Assembly (NCBI GenBank): GCA_902825875.1
Contig: CADECP010000016.1
Coordinates: forward strand, 21,519 to 85,518
Reading direction: 5' to 3'
Source: an uncultured Acidobacteriota bacterium
GTDB taxonomy: Bacteria > Acidobacteriota > Blastocatellia > RBC074
Length of the DNA stretch: 64,000 nucleotides
Shown here: one piece after another, positions 49,815 through 58,379 of the stretch
Position numbering within the stretch: the stretch's first letter is position 1
Layout of the letters: the number at the start of each line of letters is the position of its first letter
The notes under the pieces: generated by a model
Database searches by the model: none
The model's input: the letters and a program-made list of their open reading frames with translations, nothing else
Told to the model about the DNA's origin: nothing
Program-made: the position numbers and the translations under genes

Positions 49815-50075
49815 GGCAAACAAACGATGCGGTTGGCCGCTTGCCTCGCTTTGGTTTTAGGTTGAATGAATCCCAGCAAAGAGGAAGAACTTCTTTTTCC
49901 AGGCTGCCCAACGGCGGCAGATCGAGTTCTTTAGTTTTCTTGATTGAATGATGTTGGCACTGCCAATACGACCAGCATGAATTCAATGTGTTGTACCGCA
50001 CACGGCTTGATCTGTAAAATTCATAATCCTGAAGATATTGATCGAGAAAACCGATTAAGGGAGAAAGGGCTGAAA

Positions 50076-50963
50076 ATGGATTTACACCACCTGAAAGTCT
50101 TTTACGCCGCCGCACACGCCGGAGGATTTACGCAGGCCAGCAAGGCGTTGCGGCTTTCGCAATCCACCGTCAGCCAGCACATCAAACAATTGGAAACCGA
50201 TCTTGGCTGTCAGCTTTTTATGCGTGTCGGCAAGCGAGTTTTGCTGACCGAAGCCGGGCAACTGTTGCGCGAACATTGCGAACGTATTTTGCAGGACGTG
50301 AAGCACGCCGAAATGGCGATTCAGGATTTGAACGGATTGCAACGTGGCAAGGTGAGGTTCGGTTCCGGCGCAACAACGTTGATTTACCAGTTGCCGCCTG
50401 TGCTGGAAACCTTTCAGGCGAACTACCCGAACATCGAATTGGTCATCGTGTCGGAAACAACCGACCAAATGGCGCGCGATGTTTTGGCACAACGGCTGGA
50501 TCTGGCGCTGGTCATGCTGCCGGTGGCCGAAAACAATCTGCAATTGACGCCGCTTCATCACGAAGAATTGTTGATCGCGTTGCCGCGCCGCCATCCTTTG
50601 ACTCGCAAGCCCGCCTTGACCGTAGACGATTTGCGAACGCTGCGGTTCATTCTTTACGAAAAGAAAACCGTTATGCGCGGATTGATTGACAGCTTTTTTA
50701 CGATGCTGGGCATCACGCCGCAAATCGCCATGGTTATGGAAAACATCGAAGCCATCAAAAGTCTGGTCGGCGCGGGACTGGGCGCTTCGATCCTGCCCAG
50801 CCACGCCATTGGCAAAGAAGCGGCAGACCGCAAAGTCACCCTGATGCGCGTGCAGGAGCATCCAATGCAACGCCAGCTCGGATTGATTACCTTGAAATCC
50901 GGCTACATTCCCAATGCCGTGCGGGAATTGCGAGAACTGATTGTTCAGGAATTGGGCGAGTAG
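50076..50963 (+). CDS. LysR-family transcriptional regulator
   Basis: N-terminal HTH 'LHHLKVFYAAAHAGGFTQASKALRLSQSTVSQHIKQLE' plus LysR substrate-binding domain. ATG at 50076 with an AAGGGAGAAAGGG Shine-Dalgarno region. Confidence 0.85.
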   Translation: MDLHHLKVFYAAAHAGGFTQASKALRLSQSTVSQHIKQLETDLGCQLFMRVGKRVLLTEAGQLLREHCERILQDVKHAEMAIQDLNGLQRGKVRFGSGATTLIYQLPPVLETFQANYPNIELVIVSETTDQMARDVLAQRLDLALVMLPVAENNLQLTPLHHEELLIALPRRHPLTRKPALTVDDLRTLRFILYEKKTVMRGLIDSFFTMLGITPQIAMVMENIEAIKSLVGAGLGASILPSHAIGKEAADRKVTLMRVQEHPMQRQLGLITLKSGYIPNAVRELRELIVQELGE

Positions 50964-50968
50964 ATCAG

Positions 50969-52144
50969 TTAGGCCGAATTGGCTGCTTCATCGCACAACG
51001 TTGGTTTGAACAGCGCGTGGTTGCTGACAACCCGTTCGTATAAACGTTCATACATCGGGATGACTTGTTCGGTGTTGAACTGGCCAACAGCCCATTCGCG
51101 GCCACGTTTGCCGAATTCGCGCTGTTTCGTTTCATCGGACAACATCTCAATTGCGCGTTCAGCCATTGCCGACGTATCGCCCAATTTCACCAGAAACCCG
51201 TTCTCGCCGTGTTTGACAACTTCGGGCAAACCGCCGACGCGCGTAGCAATGACGGGGACTTCGCAGGCCATCGCTTCCAGCGCGGCCAAGCCGAAGGATT
51301 CGGTTTCGCTGGGAATCAGCAGCACATCGGCTACGGACAGGTAATCGGCGATGTTCGGAACCTGGCCGACGAACAGCACGTCGTCGCTCAACCCATATTT
51401 GCGCGTCAGTTGTTCAGCGGCTTGACGGTCAGAACCGTCGCCGCACATCACCAATCGAACCGGCAGCTTTGACGCGGCTTTAACTTTGGCCAGCGTGTGA
51501 ACGCAATCGGTGATGCGTTTGACCGGACGGAAATTCGAAACGTGCATCAACAGCTTTTCTCCGCGCGGAGCCAGCGTTGCTCTCAACTCGGCGTTTTCTC
51601 TGCGTTGATAATCTTGTGCGTTGATGAAGTTCGGGATGATTTCGATTCCGCCCAGTCCGAACGTGCGGCAGGTTTCGTCAGCCAGATATTGCGAAATTGA
51701 AGTCACAGCGTCCGACTGAGCTATCGAAAACCGCGTGATTGGCAAAAAGCTTTTGCGCGACCCCACCAGCGTGATGTCCGTCCCGTGTAACGTGGTGACG
51801 AAGGGCAAATACCGAGTCGGCTTGTACATTTCGCGCGCCAGATAAGCCGCCGTCGCGTGTGGAATGGCGTAATGCATGTGCAGCACGTCCAGCCGCTCGG
51901 CTTCAGCGACTTCCAGAATCTTTGACGCCAAGGCCAGATCGTAAGGCGGAAACTCGAACAGCGGATAATCGAACAGGTCAACTTGATGAAACTTCACGCG
52001 GTCGTTCAGCGGACAAACGCGCGTCGGCAAGGCGTAGCTGATGAAATGCACGGAATGGCCGCGCGCCGCCAATTCGCGCCCAAGCTCTGACCCGACGATG
52101 CCGCTGCCGCCGTAAGTGGGAAAAACTGTGATGCCGATGTTCAT
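50969..52144 (-). CDS. bshA: GT4 glycosyltransferase, BshA-like (N-acetyl-alpha-D-glucosaminyl L-malate synthase)
   Basis: '[40 protein letters not shown]' closely matches the BshA N-terminal signature; GT4 C-terminal '[20 protein letters not shown]'; adjacent to a bshB-like gene. Confidence 0.7.
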   Translation of the reverse strand: MNIGITVFPTYGGSGIVGSELGRELAARGHSVHFISYALPTRVCPLNDRVKFHQVDLFDYPLFEFPPYDLALASKILEVAEAERLDVLHMHYAIPHATAAYLAREMYKPTRYLPFVTTLHGTDITLVGSRKSFLPITRFSIAQSDAVTSISQYLADETCRTFGLGGIEIIPNFINAQDYQRRENAELRATLAPRGEKLLMHVSNFRPVKRITDCVHTLAKVKAASKLPVRLVMCGDGSDRQAAEQLTRKYGLSDDVLFVGQVPNIADYLSVADVLLIPSETESFGLAALEAMACEVPVIATRVGGLPEVVKHGENGFLVKLGDTSAMAERAIEMLSDETKQREFGKRGREWAVGQFNTEQVIPMYERLYERVVSNHALFKPTLCDEAANSA

Positions 52145-52146
52145 AA

Positions 52147-52212
52147 GTGGTGATTGGTGATTGGTAGTTGGTGATTGGCGGTTTCAACCAACCACCAGCC
52201 ACCAACCACCAA
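52147..52212 (-). repeat. G-rich imperfect hairpin repeat (family 3, GGTGATTGGTG / TTGGTGGCTGGTGGTTGG), copy A; fills the whole bshB-bshA spacer
   Basis: The minus-strand left arm ttggtggttggtggctggtggttggttg is near-identical to the plus-strand arm at 60664-60696. Confidence 0.55.
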
Positions 52213-52968
52213 TCACGAATAAAGATTCATCTGCCGCGTCAGCAACTCCACCGGATCGGCGATGTTCAACGCTTCGCGGACGTAAAACGCTTCGCCGTGT
52301 TCGCAGTTGATCAGCGCGCCGAAGTACCGGTCGCGGGCTTCCATCTCGCGCAAAAACGCCGGAGTGCTGACGCGCGATTGCGCCTCTTTATTTTGGGGGC
52401 TCGCCGGGTTGTGAAACTGCGAAGCGTGAGCGCGAATCGCGTCCCATTTGCGTTCGTGTTCGGCGCAGATGTCTACGATAAAGGTGGGCGCGACGGTTCG
52501 CGGAAACAGAAAGTGCGCGACGCAATTTGGCCGCCAGCGTTCCTGGTTCGCTTCGGCATCGTATTTGGTCAAACCCGCAATATGCATGGCTTCGCGGACG
52601 AGTTGCGCCGTGTGCGCGTGATCAGGATGCGCGTCGTCCCAATGCTGCGTGAAAATTACGCGAGGCCGCAATCGCCGAATCGCGCGCACCAACCGAACGC
52701 GGGATTCTTCGTTCAGCCAGATGTGCGCGTCCGGCAATTCCAGATTTTCGCGCACGGCCAAACCCAACAACTCCGCCGCGCGTTCGGCTTCCTGCCGACG
52801 AAGCTCCGGCGTGCCGCGTGTTCCGGCTTCGCCGCGCGTCATATCCAGAATGCCCGTGCGATAGCCCAAACCAGCCAGTTTGATGAGCGTGCCGCCCGCC
52901 GACAACTCCACGTCGTCCGGGTGAGCCGCAATTGCCAACACGTCCAATTGTAAATTTGATTCAGCCAT
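52213..52968 (-). CDS. bshB: LmbE/PIG-L family deacetylase, BshB-like (N-acetyl-alpha-D-glucosaminyl L-malate deacetylase)
   Basis: '[21 protein letters not shown]...[14 protein letters not shown]' PIG-L motif with metal-binding His/Asp; upstream of bshA in the same orientation. Confidence 0.7.
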   Translation of the reverse strand: MAESNLQLDVLAIAAHPDDVELSAGGTLIKLAGLGYRTGILDMTRGEAGTRGTPELRRQEAERAAELLGLAVRENLELPDAHIWLNEESRVRLVRAIRRLRPRVIFTQHWDDAHPDHAHTAQLVREAMHIAGLTKYDAEANQERWRPNCVAHFLFPRTVAPTFIVDICAEHERKWDAIRAHASQFHNPASPQNKEAQSRVSTPAFLREMEARDRYFGALINCEHGEAFYVREALNIADPVELLTRQMNLYS

Positions 52969-53050
52969 ATTTGCTGCGGAAGATGCGGTTTTCAGATGAC
53001 AGGCGGACTGGAAGTCCGCGGACCAGGCGGACGGATCGTCCGCGCTCCGG

Positions 53051-54238
53051 CTAACGTAATTCCAGCGAATGCTTGGAAATTACGTCGGTGTAGCTTTGCA
53101 ATCCGCCCGCCGAAAACTCTTTGACGAAGCTGTCCATCGTTTGCAGCAACTGAGTGCTGTAATACCCGCTGACCGATTGCGGGTGGGCGTAGCCGAACGT
53201 GCCGTTGAAATAGCTGCGGATGATGACGCTGTTGGCGGCGTGCGGCAGTGCTTTGACGTTGGCGGCAAACTGGTCGAAATCGTCTCCGCGCGAGAGATAA
53301 AACTCTACATTTGAAGTGTAAAAGGCCGACACCTTTTCGCCGCGTTCGTTCAGGTAAGCGGCTATGCTTTTCAGCGCGTGAGTTCCGGCCAGATTGCCTG
53401 TCACCGGGATGACCAGATTGCGGCCTTGCAAGGACTTCATGACCTGAAAGTCGTCTTCGCTGGCCAGGTAGCTGCACTGTTTGCCGGTCAGGTCTTTTTC
53501 CAGCGTCAAGTCTCGGTAATTCGGGTAGTAATACCGCGAGCCGCGTCCGTGGCTGGTGAATTTCAAATCCAAGCCGCTGGTAAAAAATTCCAGGTGCATG
53601 CGTTTGATCGTAGCGAATTCGGCTTCGCTGATTTTCGAGCCGTAGCTTTTGATCCTGGCTGACAGCGCGGTGTGCGCAGCGTCGAAAAGTTTGGTGTCTT
53701 TCGGGGTCTTATCAATGTATTCGACGATGTCTTTGATGCTTCGCCCACTCCAGACGCTTAAATCGGCAGGAACGGGTTTGCCCAAAAACAGGCACAGATA
53801 TTCGATGCGATTGCGCGCCGATTCAAACAGGGCTTTGAACAGCAGGTGCTGCAACAGATTGTCGCGGCGAATGTCCACCATAAAGGCGATGTTCGGGCGA
53901 GTCTGCGCGATGTACGAAAAGCTCTGGTCAGGGCCGACGCCGATGAAGGCTCCGCCGTTGATTTTCATTTGTCGCATCTTGCCCATCACGTGCAGGTAAG
54001 AAGTTTCGTTGGAAATCAGGTTGTCAGTGTCGAAATAGCCGTTCGGTTCGGACAGCTTCTGGCTGAGAGCGGCGAATTCTTGCAGCGACAATGACCGGTC
54101 GGCAGGTTCCAGCGGCGCGGGATTGCCGGGACTGGAAGATTTGTCCGGCGGTTTCGGTGGCGGTGTTTTTTCCTGAACGCGAGCCGGTTGAATCAGCGCG
54201 CAAAAGATCAGCAGTGATAAGAGCAGTTTTCTTTGCAT
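53051..54238 (-). CDS. Hypothetical exported protein with Pro/Ser-rich linker after the signal peptide
   Basis: 395-aa ORF; signal peptide plus '[15 protein letters not shown]' linker; no assignable domain. Confidence 0.4.
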   Translation of the reverse strand: MQRKLLLSLLIFCALIQPARVQEKTPPPKPPDKSSSPGNPAPLEPADRSLSLQEFAALSQKLSEPNGYFDTDNLISNETSYLHVMGKMRQMKINGGAFIGVGPDQSFSYIAQTRPNIAFMVDIRRDNLLQHLLFKALFESARNRIEYLCLFLGKPVPADLSVWSGRSIKDIVEYIDKTPKDTKLFDAAHTALSARIKSYGSKISEAEFATIKRMHLEFFTSGLDLKFTSHGRGSRYYYPNYRDLTLEKDLTGKQCSYLASEDDFQVMKSLQGRNLVIPVTGNLAGTHALKSIAAYLNERGEKVSAFYTSNVEFYLSRGDDFDQFAANVKALPHAANSVIIRSYFNGTFGYAHPQSVSGYYSTQLLQTMDSFVKEFSAGGLQSYTDVISKHSLELR

Positions 54239-54249
54239 TTTGTTTCTCC

Positions 54250-54600
54250 TCAGGTGTCTTGCTGTTCAAACTCTTTCAGGATTTTGCGGATTTGCTTGGC
54301 TGTGATGTCTGTTTGCTCAAGCTTCGAGTAAAGGGTTATGAGGATGATCTTCGTCGGTGTTTTCAGGTAATAGATCATTCGATAGCCGGAGCTTTTTCCT
54401 TTCTGAATATCGCTGTTTTTCACTCGCACTTTGAAAACGGTGTATTCAGCCCCTTTTATCTGGTCGCCGACGAAATCACCTTTTTGCAAGGAATCAACGA
54501 CGGGCTGAATGTCAGACCGAATTTGCCGATACTTCTTGGCAAGTGCGCGCAAGTTGCGCTTGAATTCCGGCGTGAATTCGATCTGAATTTCATTTGGCAT
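54250..54600 (-). CDS. Type II toxin-antitoxin system toxin, RelE/ParE superfamily-like
   Basis: 116 aa, 'YRMIYYLKTPTKIILITLYSK' C-terminal beta-strand pattern typical of RelE/ParE-fold toxins; overlaps the upstream small ORF by 11 nt; GC content noticeably below neighbouring genes (estimated by eye). Confidence 0.55.
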   Translation of the reverse strand: MPNEIQIEFTPEFKRNLRALAKKYRQIRSDIQPVVDSLQKGDFVGDQIKGAEYTVFKVRVKNSDIQKGKSSGYRMIYYLKTPTKIILITLYSKLEQTDITAKQIRKILKEFEQQDT

Positions 54601-54808
54601 CTATCCCATCCCAGAGCTTTGAAATCGGTTGCGTTTCATCTCGCGCGGCTTCAGCCCAACCTTGCCGAAAACTGTCTGACGCGGGTTTGAGCGCCACGCT
54701 TTCACGAAACACGCGAACCAATTGCAGCAGGTTGGGCAGATATTCCTGCGGCAATTGGTTGATCTCTTTTTGAAGCTGTTGTTTGTAAGTCGGTATTCTT
54801 GCTTGCAT
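54590..54808 (-). CDS. Putative antitoxin (72 aa) of the adjacent RelE/ParE-like toxin
   Basis: Small ORF immediately upstream of, and overlapping, the toxin gene; 'LPQEYLPNLLQLVRVF' motif. Confidence 0.45.
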   Translation of the reverse strand: MQARIPTYKQQLQKEINQLPQEYLPNLLQLVRVFRESVALKPASDSFRQGWAEAARDETQPISKLWDGIDAK

Positions 54809-54819
54809 CTTTCACCTCT

Positions 54820-56004
54820 TTATTTCGTTGTTGACGCAGTACCAGTTTCGACGCCTTTCATCTCCCAGGCCAACTCAGCTTGCCAGTGGTTCTTTTGCAG
54901 GAACGGCAGGTATTCGCGTTCGCCGCGCACGTACAACCCCAGGAAGGCAACGCTGTATGAGTTGATGATGGCGTAGGTCGTTTCCATTGAAGTGTAGTTG
55001 AACTCCGCGCCTTCGCCGCCGCGTTTGCCTTTGCCGACGCCGTCGCCGTAGTTCTTGTCAATTTTGAACACGTCGGTGAAGGAAAAATGGCCGCCGTCTT
55101 TGATCGTCAGCAGATAACCATCGCGTTTGTGATTGGCAAACACGTCGCGGATTCTGGTGTTGCCTTTGGGGCCGATGGTGCGGTCTTCTTCGCCGAGCAT
55201 GTACAGCGAAGGCACGGTCAGATTGGTATGAGCTTCGGGCGCGCCGGACATGGCTATGACGGCTTTGAAACGCGCGTCGGCGTCGGCGACTCGAATCGCG
55301 GTCATTGAGCCAAACGACATTCCGGCGGCGACGGGTTTGCTCAAATCGAGCTTGCCGGAAAAACGGCTGTCGGCTCCGCTGTTCCACAGAGTCATTTGGT
55401 CGAGCAGAAAACTCATGTCTTTCGGGCGATCAACGGCGGAATTTTCGCGCTGGTCGTTGCGGTAAAGAATAGTTTTGCCTTTGATGATGGTCACGCGCGC
55501 ATTGGCGGTGTGGTCGGCGGAAACGACGACGTAACCGTGACTGGCCAGGTAATCGCACCAGAAAGTGTTTTGCGTGCGAGTGCCTCCGTTGCCGTGCGAA
55601 AAAACGATCAGCGGAAATTTGCCTTCGCGGACGCGAGCGTCGCGCACGGCGGAATTCCAATAAGATTCGTTCATTTCGGCGGCGGATTTTTTGTAGGCCA
55701 TCTTCAACAAGGTCTCGAACTGAGGATTCATGCCGCCGGGAATGAAGTCAGTGAATTTGTTCTTTGGCAGATTGCGAGCTTCGTCGGTGGCCGGATACCA
55801 GATTTCCGTGACCAGTGTACGAGCTTCGTTGGTGGCGGCGTCCGTTCGGCTGTGATCAATCAGCACGGTCGTCGTCACGCCGACCGGAAATGTGCCGGGT
55901 TTCATGGGGTCGAGCGGTTTTGACGCGGCGCGATGAGCTTGCGGGGCAAATCCAATTGCCAGAGTTGTCAGAAAAGCCAAGAGCAAAGTGAGTCGTTTCA
56001 TCAA
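54820..56004 (-). CDS. Secreted alpha/beta-hydrolase (PAF-acetylhydrolase/dienelactone hydrolase-like lipase/esterase)
   Basis: Signal peptide; 'LIVFSHGNGGTRTQ' oxyanion region, 'GMSFGSMTA' nucleophile elbow. Confidence 0.7.
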   Translation of the reverse strand: MMKRLTLLLAFLTTLAIGFAPQAHRAASKPLDPMKPGTFPVGVTTTVLIDHSRTDAATNEARTLVTEIWYPATDEARNLPKNKFTDFIPGGMNPQFETLLKMAYKKSAAEMNESYWNSAVRDARVREGKFPLIVFSHGNGGTRTQNTFWCDYLASHGYVVVSADHTANARVTIIKGKTILYRNDQRENSAVDRPKDMSFLLDQMTLWNSGADSRFSGKLDLSKPVAAGMSFGSMTAIRVADADARFKAVIAMSGAPEAHTNLTVPSLYMLGEEDRTIGPKGNTRIRDVFANHKRDGYLLTIKDGGHFSFTDVFKIDKNYGDGVGKGKRGGEGAEFNYTSMETTYAIINSYSVAFLGLYVRGEREYLPFLQKNHWQAELAWEMKGVETGTASTTK

Positions 56005-56142
56005 AGTTTGTCTCCTTCTAAAGTCAGCGGGATTTGAGTAAGATGCGGCGCGGATTTAACCACGATCATCTGGCGCAAACAAAGAACACTCTTTCGCAAA
56101 AAGAGGAATTGAGAGCTAAAAACGGAGGCTTCATTTCACGTT

Positions 56143-56946
56143 ATGCCTATACCCGGACAATCTTCCAAAAAGAAATCAGCAAAGAAACCATCAACCAAAG
56201 CAGCTACGAAATCCAAAAAATCCAGCGGATTGAAAACTCTGGCCTTCGACATTGGCGGGTCGGGATTGAAAGCGACCGTGCTGGACGCGCGCGGCGAAAT
56301 GTTGGCTGACCGCGTGCGTGTCGAAACTCCGCAACCGTGTCCGCCCGGCGTTTTACTGGAAAAGCTGAAAGAACTGCTGGCGCAGTTGCCGGAATTTGAT
56401 CGCGTGTCGGTCGGCTTTCCCGGAGTTGTTCGCCACGGCAAAACTCTGTCGTGCAAAAATCTCGGCTCGGACGAATGGAACAACTTCGATCTGCAAAAAG
56501 CAATTGCCAAAGTCACTGGCAAACCGACGCTGGTCATCAACGACGCGGATATGCAGGGACTTGGCGCGATTCAGGGCAAAGGCGTCGAACTGGTCATCAC
56601 GCTCGGCACGGGGATCGGTTCAGCCTTGTTTGAAGACGGGCGGTTGGCTCCGCACATCGAACTGGCTCACATTCCGTTTCGCAAAGGGCAGACTTACGAA
56701 CAGCAACTCGGCAACAAAGCCTTCAAGAAAATCAGCCGCAAGGAATGGAACGACCGGCTGGAAAAAGCCATTGAGTATTTCCGCATTCTGACGAACTTCG
56801 ACAAGCTTTACCTGGGCGGCGGCAATGCCAAAGAAGTTGCCCTCAAGTTCGGAAATGATGTCGAAGTCGTCTGCAACTCGTTAGGCATGCGCGGCGGCAT
56901 CTGGCTTTGGAAGGACTCGAATTTAAGCGACGGCGTTCAGAAGTGA
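56143..56946 (+). CDS. ppgK: ROK-family polyphosphate/ATP glucokinase-like protein (PpgK-like); Lys-rich N-terminal extension, or an alternative TTG start about 56230
   Basis: 'LAFDIGGSGLKATV' ROK phosphate-1 motif, 'VINDADMQGLG', 'LGTGIGSALF'; length consistent with PpgK. Confidence 0.65.
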   Translation: MPIPGQSSKKKSAKKPSTKAATKSKKSSGLKTLAFDIGGSGLKATVLDARGEMLADRVRVETPQPCPPGVLLEKLKELLAQLPEFDRVSVGFPGVVRHGKTLSCKNLGSDEWNNFDLQKAIAKVTGKPTLVINDADMQGLGAIQGKGVELVITLGTGIGSALFEDGRLAPHIELAHIPFRKGQTYEQQLGNKAFKKISRKEWNDRLEKAIEYFRILTNFDKLYLGGGNAKEVALKFGNDVEVVCNSLGMRGGIWLWKDSNLSDGVQK

Positions 56947-56969
56947 CAGTGGGATTGAGTGATAGAGGG

Positions 56970-57010
56970 AATGAGAGAAAGGCAGATTTCGTATTCCACT
57001 TTCTCTCATT
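56970..57010 (+). other. Perfect 12-bp stem hairpin (aatgagagaaag-N17-ctttctctcatt) downstream of ppgK, without a U-tract
   Basis: Read directly from the sequence. Confidence 0.4.
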
Positions 57011-57148
57011 CTCTCAGCCCCTCAATCTCTTCGCCTTTCAATCTCCGCCCCGTAAAAGCCTCTTTCGCCATCCCTTTAGCTCGCGTATGATTGGCTTTCC
57101 TTCCCATTCACTCAGGATCAGTACAGTAATTTTACGGAGAACGCAGTA

Positions 57149-58180
57149 ATGTCGAATTTCAGTAGCGGGCAGATCAAAAGCGTCGTGCCTCGCGCCGGAG
57201 TCGAAGGCGGAGAGATTGTTATCGCTTGCCAGGGCTATGACGCTTCGGATTATTCCTATTGCCATGCCTGGTTTGGAGATCAGCGCGGCAGGATCATCAG
57301 CGCCTCGCCTGAGCGCGTTGTTGTCACCGTGCCGGACTGTGACACGGGCATCGAATCCGGCGAATTGAAGCTGGAAAGCGCCAGCGGAGTGATGGAAACA
57401 CGGTTCGCGCTCGGCGCGAAGCTGGCGGAAAACATTCACCCTGTCGCTAATCCGGCCATTGATGAAGACGGCAGCATTTACGTCACCATGTCTGGCACGC
57501 GAGGCCAGAAAGTTCCTGTTTCAATTTACAAAATTTCTTCTGACGACACGATGCACCCGCTGCCCGCCGATGTGGTCAATCCAACCGGGCTGGCTTTTAA
57601 CCGCGAAGGCACGCTTTACGTCACCAGCCGGTATGACGGCACGTTGTACAAAATCTCGCCGTTTGGTGAAGCCGAAACCGTCGCCACCGATCTGGGGATT
57701 GCCACCGGACTGGCCTTTGACCGGCGTGGAGATATTTTTGTCGGCGACCGAACCGGAACGATCTTTCGCATTAACGAGCTTGGCGAATCTCTACAGTTTG
57801 CTTCTCTCGATCCTAGTGTTGCGGCCTATCATCTGGCGTTTTCGCCTGACGGCGATCTGTTCGTCAGCGGCCCGACGGTGTCTTCGTTCGAAACCATCTG
57901 GCGAATTGACGCAATGGGCGATGTGACGAAGTTTTATACCGGACTCGGTCGTCCGCAGGGACTGGCTTTTGACGCCGAAGGGAATTTGTACGTCGCGGCT
58001 TCGCTGCGAGGGCATCGCGGTATTGTCAGAATTACTCCCGATGCACGTCAGGCCGAAGTCGTTTTGGCCGGAGCTTCGCTGGTCGGACTGGCTTTCGACG
58101 GCGACGGCAACATGGTTGTCGTCACGACTCAAAAGGTTTATCGCACGCCGATGGGCATCAAAGGGTATTCAGTGTTTTGA
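57149..58180 (+). CDS. SMP-30/gluconolactonase/LRE-like (NHL-type) six-bladed beta-propeller protein
   Basis: Repeated 'P(T/N)GLAFD..G.LYV' blades. Confidence 0.6.
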   Translation: MSNFSSGQIKSVVPRAGVEGGEIVIACQGYDASDYSYCHAWFGDQRGRIISASPERVVVTVPDCDTGIESGELKLESASGVMETRFALGAKLAENIHPVANPAIDEDGSIYVTMSGTRGQKVPVSIYKISSDDTMHPLPADVVNPTGLAFNREGTLYVTSRYDGTLYKISPFGEAETVATDLGIATGLAFDRRGDIFVGDRTGTIFRINELGESLQFASLDPSVAAYHLAFSPDGDLFVSGPTVSSFETIWRIDAMGDVTKFYTGLGRPQGLAFDAEGNLYVAASLRGHRGIVRITPDARQAEVVLAGASLVGLAFDGDGNMVVVTTQKVYRTPMGIKGYSVF

Positions 58181-58201
58181 AATTTCGCTCCTCAGGAAAT
58201 G

Positions 58202-58244
58202 GGTGGGACAGGTTCCGAACCTGTCCCACCAGTTTTCATTATTT
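58202..58244 (+). terminator. Rho-independent terminator (ggtgggacaggtt-ccg-aacctgtcccacc plus agttttcattattt)
   Basis: 13-bp perfect GC-rich stem followed by a T-rich tract, 20 nt after the stop of the propeller gene. Confidence 0.7.
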
Positions 58245-58379
58245 CAGGGCGTCGCTACGCGACATGGAAAACTCCTACCGGTCGCGGTACTGACCTGAAA
58301 ATTTTTGTTCAATCCGGCCAGTGGTTTGGGCTAAGATGCCTTTGCCTCGCGTGCCAGAGGCAGGGAATCTGAAATAGCG

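Noticed and set aside
53080-53999. Plus-strand ORFs (53378..53662, 53649..53999, 53846..54094) opposite the 53051..54238 gene
   Set aside because: Short, no start signals, fully antisense to a longer ORF with a signal peptide and consistent codon usage.
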